Assembly: GCA_964359495.1 (NCBI GenBank)
Contig: CAYHTG010000003.1
Location: 1-46,064 of the forward strand
Reading direction: 5' to 3'
DNA length: 46,064 bases
Source of the DNA: an uncultured Candidatus Peribacteria bacterium
GTDB lineage: Bacteria > Patescibacteriota > Gracilibacteria > UBA1369 > 2-02-FULL-48-14
In this document: positions 7,769-15,841 of the stretch, in pieces
Layout of the letters: each line of letters opens with the position of its first letter
Numbering within the stretch: position 1 is the first letter of the stretch
Position numbers and translations under genes: made by a program
The notes under the pieces: model-generated
Databases searched by the model: none
What the model saw: the letters and a program-made list of their open reading frames with translations, nothing else
Told to the model about the DNA's origin: nothing

Positions 7769-8662
7769 TTACTGATTTAAAACTTCAAGTCTCACCTTAA
7801 CGATTCCTGTTGGAAGGGAGGCGATTTGCTCAAAAGCCGCGGGAGTGATGTCTATGATGTAGCCTTCGGTATAAGGTCCGCGATCGACAATGGTCACTTC
7901 TACGGTTTGAAGGGTGTCGAGACGGGTGATTCTAACAACAGTGCCAAAAGGGAGTGTCTTATGAGCGGCCATAAATCCTTCTGCATCGAGGGGAGTTCCG
8001 GAAGCGGTGTTGCGGCCATCAAAGCTGTAACCATAGTAGCTGGCTATTCCGTACTCCACTTCGCTGGTGTAAGGCTTTTGTTTAAAACGATAAATAAGAT
8101 CAGCCAGTTCGCCGCGAGTCAGGGTCTGAGCGGGTAGATAATCCTCATTTTCATCAGGAGTGAGAAGCGCGTGTAGGGTCGCATAAGCCAGGTAAACGCT
8201 ATACCAATGTTCCTCTTCCACGGTGGGCACTTGCCTATCGTTGGCCAAAATCAACATTTTTAGAGCTTCCGCACGATTGATGCTTCCTTCAGGTTTAAAG
8301 GAACCGTCCGGGTAGCCCGAAATAATACCAAGTCCCATGGCTTGCTCCAGGGACTCGCTGTACCAAGTCTCCTCGCTTGTATCAGAAAAATTTAGGGCTA
8401 CCGAGCTGACTTCCAGGCTGTCTACTTTCGTACTTGCCAAAATCATTTTTAAAGCTTCCACGCGACTCACTTCATTCGTCGGTTTAAAAGTGCCGTCTTC
8501 GTAACCGGAAACCCAGCCCGCTTGGGTCATATAAAAAATTCCATCGTAGTAGGCATGATGGTCGGGAACATCCGTGTACCACGAATCCAGAGCCCCGGAA
8601 GTGACCGCAGGAGGAGAAATGAATGAGAGTGCTAATCCGCACAGGAAGACAATTTTTTTCAT
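7769..8662 (-). CDS. secreted SLH-domain protein fused to an RlpA-like double-psi beta-barrel domain
   Basis: Signal peptide. SLH-type repeats (GWVSGYEDGTFKPTNEVSRVEALKMIL; LGIISGYPDGSFKPEGSINRAEALKMLI; TLTRGELADLIYR). C-terminal segment GIASYYGYSFDGRNTASGTPLDAEGFMAAHKTLPFGTVVRITRL...VTIVDRGPY is typical of RlpA/DPBB_1. Confidence 0.8.
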   Translation of the reverse strand: MKKIVFLCGLALSFISPPAVTSGALDSWYTDVPDHHAYYDGIFYMTQAGWVSGYEDGTFKPTNEVSRVEALKMILASTKVDSLEVSSVALNFSDTSEETWYSESLEQAMGLGIISGYPDGSFKPEGSINRAEALKMLILANDRQVPTVEEEHWYSVYLAYATLHALLTPDENEDYLPAQTLTRGELADLIYRFKQKPYTSEVEYGIASYYGYSFDGRNTASGTPLDAEGFMAAHKTLPFGTVVRITRLDTLQTVEVTIVDRGPYTEGYIIDITPAAFEQIASLPTGIVKVRLEVLNQ

Positions 8663-8699
8663 GAACAGCTCTTTTTAAGGCTCGGCTTCGCCGAGTGGG

Positions 8700-9161
8700 C
8701 TACGCTTTTGCCTGGTATTTTATCACCACTTGGCGATAATTACCCTCACCGATGCTTTCCGTTACAAGATTTTCGAAGCCTCCATTTTTAATCATGAGAT
8801 GGACCAGACGTCTAAAGTACGGGGACATTGGAGGCAAAGCGGCTTGTACCTTGGTTTCGGCCACCTCTTTCATCTTTTGTTCCGCAATCGTCAGTACGTT
8901 TTCCTCTTGGCGCTTGCGGTAGTTGTCCACATCAAAGGCTATTGTGACCTCTTCGCCGAGTTCCTTATGGAACATCACCGTAAGGATCTTTTGCATGGCC
9001 AGCAAGTTTTCACCGTGGTGACCAATGAGAAGACTGGGCTCCTCGGAAACCACATTCACGCGGTAATTTTTTTCGTCCACTTCCTCAACGTCGAGGTCTG
9101 TGAAATCGATAGAGAGTTTTACGAGAAATTCTGAAACGGTTTTTTTAATTGGCTTTTCCAT
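8700..9161 (-). CDS. jag: Jag/KhpB-type RNA-binding protein (KH + R3H)
   Basis: KH-like LLIGHHGENLLAMQKIL and R3H-like SPYFRRLVHLMI. Conserved position directly downstream of yidC. Confidence 0.85.
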   Translation of the reverse strand: MEKPIKKTVSEFLVKLSIDFTDLDVEEVDEKNYRVNVVSEEPSLLIGHHGENLLAMQKILTVMFHKELGEEVTIAFDVDNYRKRQEENVLTIAEQKMKEVAETKVQAALPPMSPYFRRLVHLMIKNGGFENLVTESIGEGNYRQVVIKYQAKA

Positions 9162-9169
9162 AAGAATTG

Positions 9170-10399
9170 TTAGCTTCGGCTTATGATACGTACTTGAACG
9201 TCGTCCTCGGATGAGGCACCCGGTGCGCCCTCCTTATTTACCACAAGTTGTTGCACGATGCCATAGAAAGTTGAGGTTCCCCAGTAGAGCCCCACGGCAG
9301 CCGGCAGTTGAGCCGTGAAGACGGCAATCATAATGGGCATCACATATTTCATCATTTTGTTGGCTGTTTCCATTTCTTTCGGGATATTGTTTTTTGGTTT
9401 ATTTTTTTTGCGCGTAGTCATTAGGTGCATTTGGAGGAATTGCAATCCTCCCACTACCAAAGGGAAAATGATAAAGTCTCGTTCCAACAGATTAAAACCA
9501 AGGAAGGCCGGATCAATATCGCTGAGTAAAAAGTCCGGTAAGAAATCGTAAATGAGTATACTGCGATCCGGTGAAAGACCTCCATTCACCACATAAAAGA
9601 GTGCAATCAAAATGGGGAATTGAATGAGGATGGGCAAACAGCTCGAAAAGGGATTCACTTTGTGGGTTTTCCACAGCAACATGGTTTCCTGGGCGAGGCG
9701 GGCTTGGTCATCGGCATATTTCTTTTTGAGTTCTTCCAGTTTGGGTTGTACTTCCTGCATGCGCATTTGCGCTTTAATCGCCTTTTGGGAAGGGACGAGT
9801 AGAATGGTTCGAATAATCAGCGTTAAAGCAATCACCGCCAGTCCCAAATAGTGCCCGGGCAGGTAAATGATGAGAGCCACGAGAACATTGAGGATAGGTT
9901 GGTAGAGGAGCAGTCTCCAAAATTTGGTCAAAACACCCGGCTCCGAAATTTCAAACTCAGGACTTTCAAAAGTTCCCGAATCAAGTACCAAAGCCACTTT
10001 ATAACGTCCGACTTCGCCAAAATAAGAATAGCTGAAGGGGAGAAGACTGATGGTTTTTTTATCTCCGGCTTCAATCTTTGTAGGACTTCCGGTACTGCAA
10101 TCCGCTTGAATTCCATCCGTCACTTGGGTGAAGTCTCCGCTGATGTAGCGATAAACGGTAAAAGCGGGGAGGAGTGTATCTCCTTCGCAGTGAACGGGTA
10201 TTTCAATAGGCGCTTCGAGGTTGTTTTGGACGGCAATTCCAATGTCTTTTCCAATCGCATACTCATTTTTGAGGGCTTCCAGACCGATGTCTCCGGAGCT
10301 CAAGGTGGGGTCTTCTTTTGAGCCATTTTGCCACAACTGGAGGGCCAAAAAAGTGGCTAGAAAGACGAAAAGGTAGGGGAAAATGTTAAACTTTTTCAT
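9170..10399 (-). CDS. yidC: membrane protein insertase YidC with a roughly 160-aa N-terminal extracytoplasmic domain
   Basis: YidC/Oxa1 core: QKAIKAQMRMQEVQPKLEELKKKY, NPFSSCLPILIQFPILIALF, LPAAVGLYWGTSTFYGIVQQ. Sits in the rnpA-yidC-jag synteny. Confidence 0.9.
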   Translation of the reverse strand: MKKFNIFPYLFVFLATFLALQLWQNGSKEDPTLSSGDIGLEALKNEYAIGKDIGIAVQNNLEAPIEIPVHCEGDTLLPAFTVYRYISGDFTQVTDGIQADCSTGSPTKIEAGDKKTISLLPFSYSYFGEVGRYKVALVLDSGTFESPEFEISEPGVLTKFWRLLLYQPILNVLVALIIYLPGHYLGLAVIALTLIIRTILLVPSQKAIKAQMRMQEVQPKLEELKKKYADDQARLAQETMLLWKTHKVNPFSSCLPILIQFPILIALFYVVNGGLSPDRSILIYDFLPDFLLSDIDPAFLGFNLLERDFIIFPLVVGGLQFLQMHLMTTRKKNKPKNNIPKEMETANKMMKYVMPIMIAVFTAQLPAAVGLYWGTSTFYGIVQQLVVNKEGAPGASSEDDVQVRIISRS

Positions 10400-10764
10400 G
10401 GGAGGTCAATTTTTAGGCTCGCCTTTGGCGAGTGGAGTAGGGAACGGAGCGCCTTTTGTATCTCGTCAAAGGAAGCATTCTGCACGGGTCTGCGTGCAAT
10501 CAGCACTATATCAGAAGGAGGAGTGTTGGGCACAAGGGCATCTTTTTCGAGAAGGCGAATGATCTCATAGGCTCGCCGTCGCATGCGGTTTCGTTTCACG
10601 GCCGATTTCTCAAGTTTTTTCCCAATGAGGACGGCGTAGCAGTTTGCAGGAAGTCCATTGGCTTTTTTTCGAAGCACAAAAAAAGAATTTGAGGTGCTGG
10701 AGCCTTTATCCAAAGCCTCACTCACGCGGGTTTTCCCTTGAATGCGTTTATTTCGTTTTAACAC
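10396..10764 (-). CDS. rnpA: ribonuclease P protein component
   Basis: [43 protein letters not shown] contains the RNR motif. The ORF-track start (10803) runs into rpmH. I place the start at the in-frame GTG at 10764, which leaves a 17-nt overlap with rpmH. The start is uncertain. Confidence 0.82.
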   Translation of the reverse strand: MLKRNKRIQGKTRVSEALDKGSSTSNSFFVLRKKANGLPANCYAVLIGKKLEKSAVKRNRMRRRAYEIIRLLEKDALVPNTPPSDIVLIARRPVQNASFDEIQKALRSLLHSPKASLKIDLP

Positions 10765-10900
10765 GTCGTACCTTAACGGTAAGCTGATGTCGTCCTTTTG
10801 CACGTCGTCGGTTCAGGACTTTTTGTCCATTTCGTGTGGACATGCGCTTAAGAAAGCCATGAGTTCGTGCCCGTTTTCGTCTTTTAAGTTTTCCTAACAT
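10748..10900 (-). CDS. rpmH: 50S ribosomal protein L34 (50 aa, absent from the ORF track because it is under 60 aa)
   Basis: Hand translation: [50 protein letters not shown]. It carries the L34 signature RTHGF..RM.T..G..VL..RR.KGR..LTV and sits immediately upstream of rnpA. Confidence 0.9.
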   Translation of the reverse strand: MLGKLKRRKRARTHGFLKRMSTRNGQKVLNRRRAKGRHQLTVKVRRVKTK

Positions 10901-10966
10901 AGTTATTTGGAGATTTGTGTTGTTACGCTCTTACTTTTAGTGGGCACTGTCGTGCCTGGCGGGAGG

Positions 10967-10995
10967 ATTTTAGGGGTCACCTCTTCAAAAGTCAA
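10967..10995 (-). promoter_or_regulatory. sigma70-type promoter candidate for rpmH-rnpA-yidC-jag
   Basis: On the minus strand: TTGACT (10995-10990), 17-nt spacer, TAAAAT (10972-10967), about 65 nt upstream of the rpmH ATG. Confidence 0.45.
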
Positions 10996-11000
10996 TTCAT

Positions 11001-11276
11001 TTACTCGTTCCTTTTCTGAACGATTTGATTCATCCCACGTCCTAAACCTTGTGCCATATCAAGAATGGCCCCACTTGCACCGGACAAGAGGGCCATGTCC
11101 AGGCCACCGTCAAGAAAAATCTGATCTAGAACTGCTCCACCTAATGCTCCAAATATCCCTCCGCGCACAAAGTTTCTATAGGGTACTATAAGAACTCCTT
11201 CCGTCCCCAGCGCCCGAACGTGTTCCATGTCTCTCCGAGGATCGAGATGACTGAGAAAGGGTAATCTTTCTGCCAT
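11001..11276 (-). CDS. hypothetical Gly-rich small protein
   Basis: ORF with a glycine-zipper-like segment GGIFGALGGAVLD...SGASGAIL. No family assignment. Confidence 0.4.
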   Translation of the reverse strand: MAERLPFLSHLDPRRDMEHVRALGTEGVLIVPYRNFVRGGIFGALGGAVLDQIFLDGGLDMALLSGASGAILDMAQGLGRGMNQIVQKRNE

Positions 11277-11318
11277 TCGTATTGTTTATTTAAAGCAGTT
11301 ACAAGCTGCACCTGAAAG

Positions 11319-11522
11319 CTATTGGTCTTTTGTGTGTAAGCCTAAAACCTGATGAAGCCAACAGTAGGCAATGAAACTTTCGAGCAAAGCGATCCACGCG
11401 ACGACAAAAACAATCCAGTTGACCCAATCCAAACTGTATTCGGGAGCCCAGGGGCCGAGCCACCAGAAGGCTAAAAGGAATCGAAGAACTCTGTCTAACT
11501 GTCCGAGGTTATGTTTAATCAT
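11319..11522 (-). CDS. DUF2892/YgaP-like small membrane protein
   Basis: From the ATG: MIKHNLGQLDRVLRFLLAFWW....ESFIAYCWLHQVLGL. The pattern N..(D/E)R..R plus two helices and a C-terminal Cys-containing motif matches my memory of DUF2892. Confidence 0.55.
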   Translation of the reverse strand: MIKHNLGQLDRVLRFLLAFWWLGPWAPEYSLDWVNWIVFVVAWIALLESFIAYCWLHQVLGLHTKDQ

Positions 11523-11718
11523 GGCCGTTGGATAAAACAATAAAATGGGTCAACCTCATTGTACGCTTATTTTTTTTATTGGGAAATAGTTCTCTTGTTT
11601 TGTGAGCGCGTTAAGGTGCTTTACAGGATTATCCGGCTGAGGTAGAATCCGCCTCCAGAAGTGAACTTGCCAACCCGATTTGCACTCCTGTAAAGTTAAT
11701 CTAAGATCGCAATAGCCT

Positions 11719-13668
11719 ATGTATCTACAGCTTCAACAGGAATCTATTCTACTAGGACGCCGACCGGCTGGGTTCACGGAGCACTATTATACCGAGTGGG
11801 ACGATGGTCTTGGTAAAGAGAAAATCTCGCTCTTCCTCTTGATGTCGATTGGGAGCACGCAGGTGCCCGGGGCGGAAATCGGGAAAGAGGCTTTCCAGCT
11901 TTTACAGGATCATTTTTTGGATGATTTAGCTGGAGATCCTTACGATCGATTTGAGAATGCCCTTCGAGAAATCAACACCGTGGTGAGCCAAAAAGAAAAG
12001 GAACTCGACTTGAAATTTATCCCCAATATGAATGTGCTTATTGGAGTGATTCAAAAGGACATGCTTTTTTTGTCGCAACGGGGAGAGGCGCAGGGCTATT
12101 TGGTTCGTAAGCGGCACGTAAGTTCCATTACGGATGGCCTTTATGATGAAAAAAATAAAGAAGACTTGTTCCAAAATATTGCCAGTGGTGTTTTGGAGGT
12201 GGGCGACAGTACGGTTTTGGTTACGGGACCCTTGGTTCAATATGTGACTCCCAACGATCTTTCTAAAATTTTCTCCGAGCAAGCTCTTCGAGAAGCGGCC
12301 AAAGAATTGGAAGATTTGCTCCATAGTGATATTGAAGAGCAGATGAGCCTTGTTGCTTTTGAAGTTTTGGAGAAAACTGAAGAAATTGCGGCTGGAGCAG
12401 TGGCGGGCGTAGAAGTGGAGGGAGAGGAGGGGGAGGCTCCTGCTTACGCAGGAGTGGGCGATGCAGTGGAGAGAGAAAGTCGCTTCGGGAAAGGGCTCGC
12501 GGCGCTTCGTCAATTTGCAGCGCATGAAGACCGCTTTCAATTTTTTGCTAAGATTCGTGGCTGGGAGAAGAGAAAACTGCTTATGTCGATAGGAGCTTTG
12601 GTGCTTGTGCTGGTCGCGGGAGTTTTCATTTTGGAGGTGACGCTCGGCAAACAGCGCACCATTAATGAAATGCAAGAAAAACTCGAAACCGCGGAAAATA
12701 ACATTGCTCTCGCCGAAACCAAAGGTGCTTTCGATAAAGAAGAAGCCAATGTGCTTTTAAATTCGGCTGAAGATTTGGCTGTTGAGGTTATTAGTTCAGG
12801 CTATTTAGGAGGGGACGCCAGTCAAGTTTTAGATCTCATACAAGAACAACGCGATTACTTGGACAACGTTCAACACATCACCGATAATTTGAAACTGGTA
12901 GCCGATCTTAGTGGGAAACTCGCTGGAGCATCTCTCATTGGGGTACAGCCTTATGGCGATAGGATAGTGGCTTTCTCCGATCAAACGGCTTTTCAGATCC
13001 TGATCGATCAAGTGCAAGAGCCCGATACCGTGGACTCCACCGAACGCATTGTGACCGGTCGGTTCTTTGATGAATACGACAATATTATCTTCCTCACTCA
13101 GGCGGCCAAACTTATAGAATATAAGGATGGCAACAGCCAGTTCTCCGATACATCGGATGTGACTTGGCATAATGGCGTGGACGTGGCTACCTACTCGAAT
13201 AAGATCTATGTTCTCGATCCGATCTCAAATCAAATTTGGCGCTATGCACGAGGCACGGAAGCCTATGGGGCCGCTCAAGCTTACTTTTCCGGCGAAGTGG
13301 ATCTATCGAAAGCGATTTCTCTTGCCGTGGATGGGAGCATTTGGGTGCTGAGTAGCGGTGGCACGCTCTCGAAATACTTGAGCGGAGAGCTTGTGGAGTT
13401 TGTAATTAAAAAGGCTCCTTTGGAAGGGATTGTGGGAACGAGTCGTGTTTATACCGAGCTTGAGGTTAATCAAGTCTACCTCCTTGATCCTGCAAAAGAC
13501 CGTCTCTTTGTTTTTGATAAGAACTCGAAAGGCAACGACATCACCTACAACGTTCAGTATATTTTTGATGAGATTGAAGGCACCTTAGTAGACATGTTTG
13601 TCGACAAAGATCGCAACGTGATAGTGATTGCAACTACGAGTGCGGTTTATGAGCTTAGCTTTGAGTAA
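11719..13668 (+). CDS. large hypothetical bitopic protein: N-terminal PP2C-like(?) cytoplasmic domain, one TM helix, C-terminal beta-rich repeat domain
   Basis: 649-aa ORF. N-terminal third loosely PP2C/SpoIIE-like (VLIGVIQKDMLFLSQRGEAQGYLVR...STVLVTGPLVQYVTPNDL). TM helix LLMSIGALVLVLVAGVFILEV. The C-terminal ~250 aa has recurring hydrophobic-strand patterns (IYVLDP..NQIWRY; VYLLDPAKDRLFVF), suggesting a beta-propeller. Confidence 0.6.
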   Translation: MYLQLQQESILLGRRPAGFTEHYYTEWDDGLGKEKISLFLLMSIGSTQVPGAEIGKEAFQLLQDHFLDDLAGDPYDRFENALREINTVVSQKEKELDLKFIPNMNVLIGVIQKDMLFLSQRGEAQGYLVRKRHVSSITDGLYDEKNKEDLFQNIASGVLEVGDSTVLVTGPLVQYVTPNDLSKIFSEQALREAAKELEDLLHSDIEEQMSLVAFEVLEKTEEIAAGAVAGVEVEGEEGEAPAYAGVGDAVERESRFGKGLAALRQFAAHEDRFQFFAKIRGWEKRKLLMSIGALVLVLVAGVFILEVTLGKQRTINEMQEKLETAENNIALAETKGAFDKEEANVLLNSAEDLAVEVISSGYLGGDASQVLDLIQEQRDYLDNVQHITDNLKLVADLSGKLAGASLIGVQPYGDRIVAFSDQTAFQILIDQVQEPDTVDSTERIVTGRFFDEYDNIIFLTQAAKLIEYKDGNSQFSDTSDVTWHNGVDVATYSNKIYVLDPISNQIWRYARGTEAYGAAQAYFSGEVDLSKAISLAVDGSIWVLSSGGTLSKYLSGELVEFVIKKAPLEGIVGTSRVYTELEVNQVYLLDPAKDRLFVFDKNSKGNDITYNVQYIFDEIEGTLVDMFVDKDRNVIVIATTSAVYELSFE

Positions 13669-13684
13669 GGGAAACTCTGAAATG

Positions 13685-13769
13685 CTCCTTTTCTTTGGTC
13701 TAGGGGAGGCTTCTTCAACACAGAACCGGACTTTGGTGTTTCTGAACCCTCCCCTAGACCGAAAAGGAG
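13685..13769. repeat. palindromic hairpin element, copy B (85 nt core)
   Basis: CTCCTTTTC-(TTT bulge)-GGTCTAGGGGAGG pairs with CCTCCCCTAGACC-GAAAAGGAG. Apical CAGAACCGGACTTTGGT is nearly identical to copy A. Lies between the convergent 11719-13668 gene and ackA. Confidence 0.75.
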
Positions 13770-13786
13770 ATTCCTAAATTTCCATA

Positions 13787-13910
13787 AAGTGAAGGGGGAG
13801 AGGGAACTTAAAGAAAAGCACAAACAGGAAAGGAAGCGGAGGAAAAGATCATGTATCTTTTCCGGAGTGCTCCTGCTTTTCGTAAGTTCTCTCTTCCCTC
13901 TTGTTCACTT
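13787..13910. repeat. second long imperfect palindrome in the same intergenic region
   Basis: AAGTGAA...TTCACTT (outer 7 bp), GAGGGAACTTA/TAAGTTCTCTC (imperfect), GAAAAGCA/TGCTTTTC, GGAAAAGAT/ATCTTTTCC around the centre CATG (about 13850). Confidence 0.5.
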
Positions 13911-13921
13911 TCATGGGAATT

Positions 13922-15076
13922 TTAGAATTTCCTAAGATGTCGGGCCATGGCTTTTTCTTCATCGGTGGGGATGACAAAGACCTTTATTTTTGAGCCTTTT
14001 GTTGAAATGCTGACTTTGTTTCGACGGTTTGCGGTGCTGTCTAATTTAAGTCCGAAGGGTTTTAAATAATCGCAAATTTGTTGGCGAAGGTAGAAGGCGT
14101 TTTCTCCGATTCCCGCGGTGAAAACAAGGGCTTTTGGGGGGCCACCGAGGGGAATGAAGTAACTCGCGATGATCTTGGCCATTTGGTAGCTAAAAACGTC
14201 AAAAGTACGGAGGGTGCCGGGGGACTTTGGTTTTGCCCTCAGGCTGCGGACGTCTGAGCCGATTTCGGAAAGACCTTTAAAGCCGGATTCTTTTTCAAGA
14301 AGATGGTGAACGGCCTCGGGGCTTTTCTTTTTGAGAAGGTGGAAAATTATGGCCGGGTCTATGGTGCCTGAGCGAGTGCCCATAAGCGGTCCTTCCAGTG
14401 GGGTGAAACCCATGGAGGTATCGAGGGATTTTCCATTTTTTATGGCGGTGACGCTCACGCCGTTTCCTATGTGACAGGTGATGAGTGCGGTGCCTTTACT
14501 ATGGAGGATTTTTTGGGCTTCTTGAGCCACGTACTGATGACTGGTTCCGTGAAAGCCATAGCGGCGGATATGCTCCTTTTTGTAGAGCTCGTAGGGGAGA
14601 CCGTAGAGGAAAGCGCGAGGAGGAAGGCTGGCGTGAAAAGCCGTGTCAAAAATAGCCGTTTGTTTGGCGTGTGGGATTTGTTTAAGGCAAGCTTTGAGTG
14701 CCGCCAAATTGGCTGGATTGTGTGAGGGGGCAAGATCGGAAAGTTTCTCCAAATCTTTGAGGATGCGCGAAGTGATGAGGGTTGGTTTTATATATTTTTC
14801 ACCGCCATGCACCACGCGGTGCGCGACTTTTTTAATCTCTTGGATCGAGTGAATAGCGCGGTCTTGTTTAAGTCGATTGAGAGCGTAAGTAATGGCTGCT
14901 TTATGATCTTTAATTTTTATACTTGTTTTTTTCTCGCCGGTTTTTAAGTACTGTCGAAAATGACAGTGTTTTTGTCCAATGGCATCCACGTGTCCTTTGT
15001 AGAGGCGTTTCAAGTGCTCATCAAAAAGCGCAAATCGAAGGGAGGAAGAGCCGGCGTTGATTACGAGTATGGCCAT
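13922..15076 (-). CDS. ackA: acetate kinase
   Basis: N-terminal ILVINAGSSSLRFALFD, AHRVVHGG, FDTAFH, RRYGFHGTSH, ITCHIGNGVSV, GTRSGTIDP: the canonical AckA motifs. Confidence 0.93.
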   Translation of the reverse strand: MAILVINAGSSSLRFALFDEHLKRLYKGHVDAIGQKHCHFRQYLKTGEKKTSIKIKDHKAAITYALNRLKQDRAIHSIQEIKKVAHRVVHGGEKYIKPTLITSRILKDLEKLSDLAPSHNPANLAALKACLKQIPHAKQTAIFDTAFHASLPPRAFLYGLPYELYKKEHIRRYGFHGTSHQYVAQEAQKILHSKGTALITCHIGNGVSVTAIKNGKSLDTSMGFTPLEGPLMGTRSGTIDPAIIFHLLKKKSPEAVHHLLEKESGFKGLSEIGSDVRSLRAKPKSPGTLRTFDVFSYQMAKIIASYFIPLGGPPKALVFTAGIGENAFYLRQQICDYLKPFGLKLDSTANRRNKVSISTKGSKIKVFVIPTDEEKAMARHLRKF

Positions 15077-15144
15077 AAAATGGGGGCTGGATGAAATTAC
15101 TAGAATTGTAGCCGATGAGTTGCTAGAGTGAAATCTAAATTTTT

Positions 15145-15525
15145 ATGTCCAACCCCAAAACTTATACGCTTAGACCTACCGATACACATATTGTCCTTGG
15201 CCTTGAAACTGTGCGGACAGAGGGGGAGATTCGTATCAGTCACAACTGTGAGCCCGCTGTAGAAGTTATTTTGCGTTTTTGTCTCCAGCAGGGGAGAGAG
15301 GCAGTTTTGAAAGTTTTAAGTGCAGGAGTAGAAGTAGATTTTCGATACTCGGATGAACATGTGTATGATCCAGGAGGTTCCATTGACCCCACTTTGTTGC
15401 CTCCCTGTGTTGCCGTAAGATTTAATCTTGCACCACCGGCGTGGGTGGAGGTTCAAAGGACCGATGTGAACGGCAGCTCGGATATTCTCGTTGTGGCGGA
15501 TTTTCCTGGGAAGCATCCACGGTAA
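15145..15525 (+). CDS. hypothetical protein (126 aa)
   Basis: ORF of reasonable composition between ackA and the TA cassette. No motif recognised. Confidence 0.45.
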   Translation: MSNPKTYTLRPTDTHIVLGLETVRTEGEIRISHNCEPAVEVILRFCLQQGREAVLKVLSAGVEVDFRYSDEHVYDPGGSIDPTLLPPCVAVRFNLAPPAWVEVQRTDVNGSSDILVVADFPGKHPR

Positions 15526-15533
15526 ATGTTGGG

Positions 15534-15563
15534 TTGACGTGGGCGAAGAAAACGGGGTATAAT
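15534..15563 (+). promoter_or_regulatory. strong sigma70-type promoter candidate upstream of the RHH/PIN cassette
   Basis: TTGACG (15534-15539), 18-nt spacer, consensus TATAAT (15558-15563), 23 nt before the ATG at 15587. Confidence 0.55.
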
Positions 15564-15586
15564 TATGGGGTAGTAAATTTAACACT

Positions 15587-15841
15587 ATGAATACTTCTGT
15601 TTTAGAAAAAAGACGTAGGGAGAAAGTTAATTTCATGTTGGATTCCGGTCTTTTCAAAGAGATTAAAAAGTATGTACCGGATGGGGAGAGAAGCGATTTT
15701 GCAAATGTAGCTTTTCAGGAGGCTTTAATCGATTTTAAAAGAAAAAAGGCTTATGAAGAGTTAAAGAAACTAAGAAAAAAGAATAAAATTTACATTTCAA
15801 CCAAAGAAATTTTAAAAGCACGTGACTATGGAAGAAAATAG
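15587..15841 (+). CDS. ribbon-helix-helix (CopG-like) antitoxin candidate
   Basis: KVNFMLDSGLFKEIKKYVPDGERSDFANVAFQEAL fits a beta-strand/helix/helix RHH pattern. Overlaps the downstream PIN gene by 20 nt. Confidence 0.6.
   Translation: MNTSVLEKRRREKVNFMLDSGLFKEIKKYVPDGERSDFANVAFQEALIDFKRKKAYEELKKLRKKNKIYISTKEILKARDYGRK

Noticed and set aside
10901-11718. Possible oriC/dnaA region next to rpmH
   Set aside because: There is no dnaA gene. I saw only isolated weak DnaA-box-like words (for example TTGGATAAA near 11528), with no cluster and no AT-rich unwinding element.
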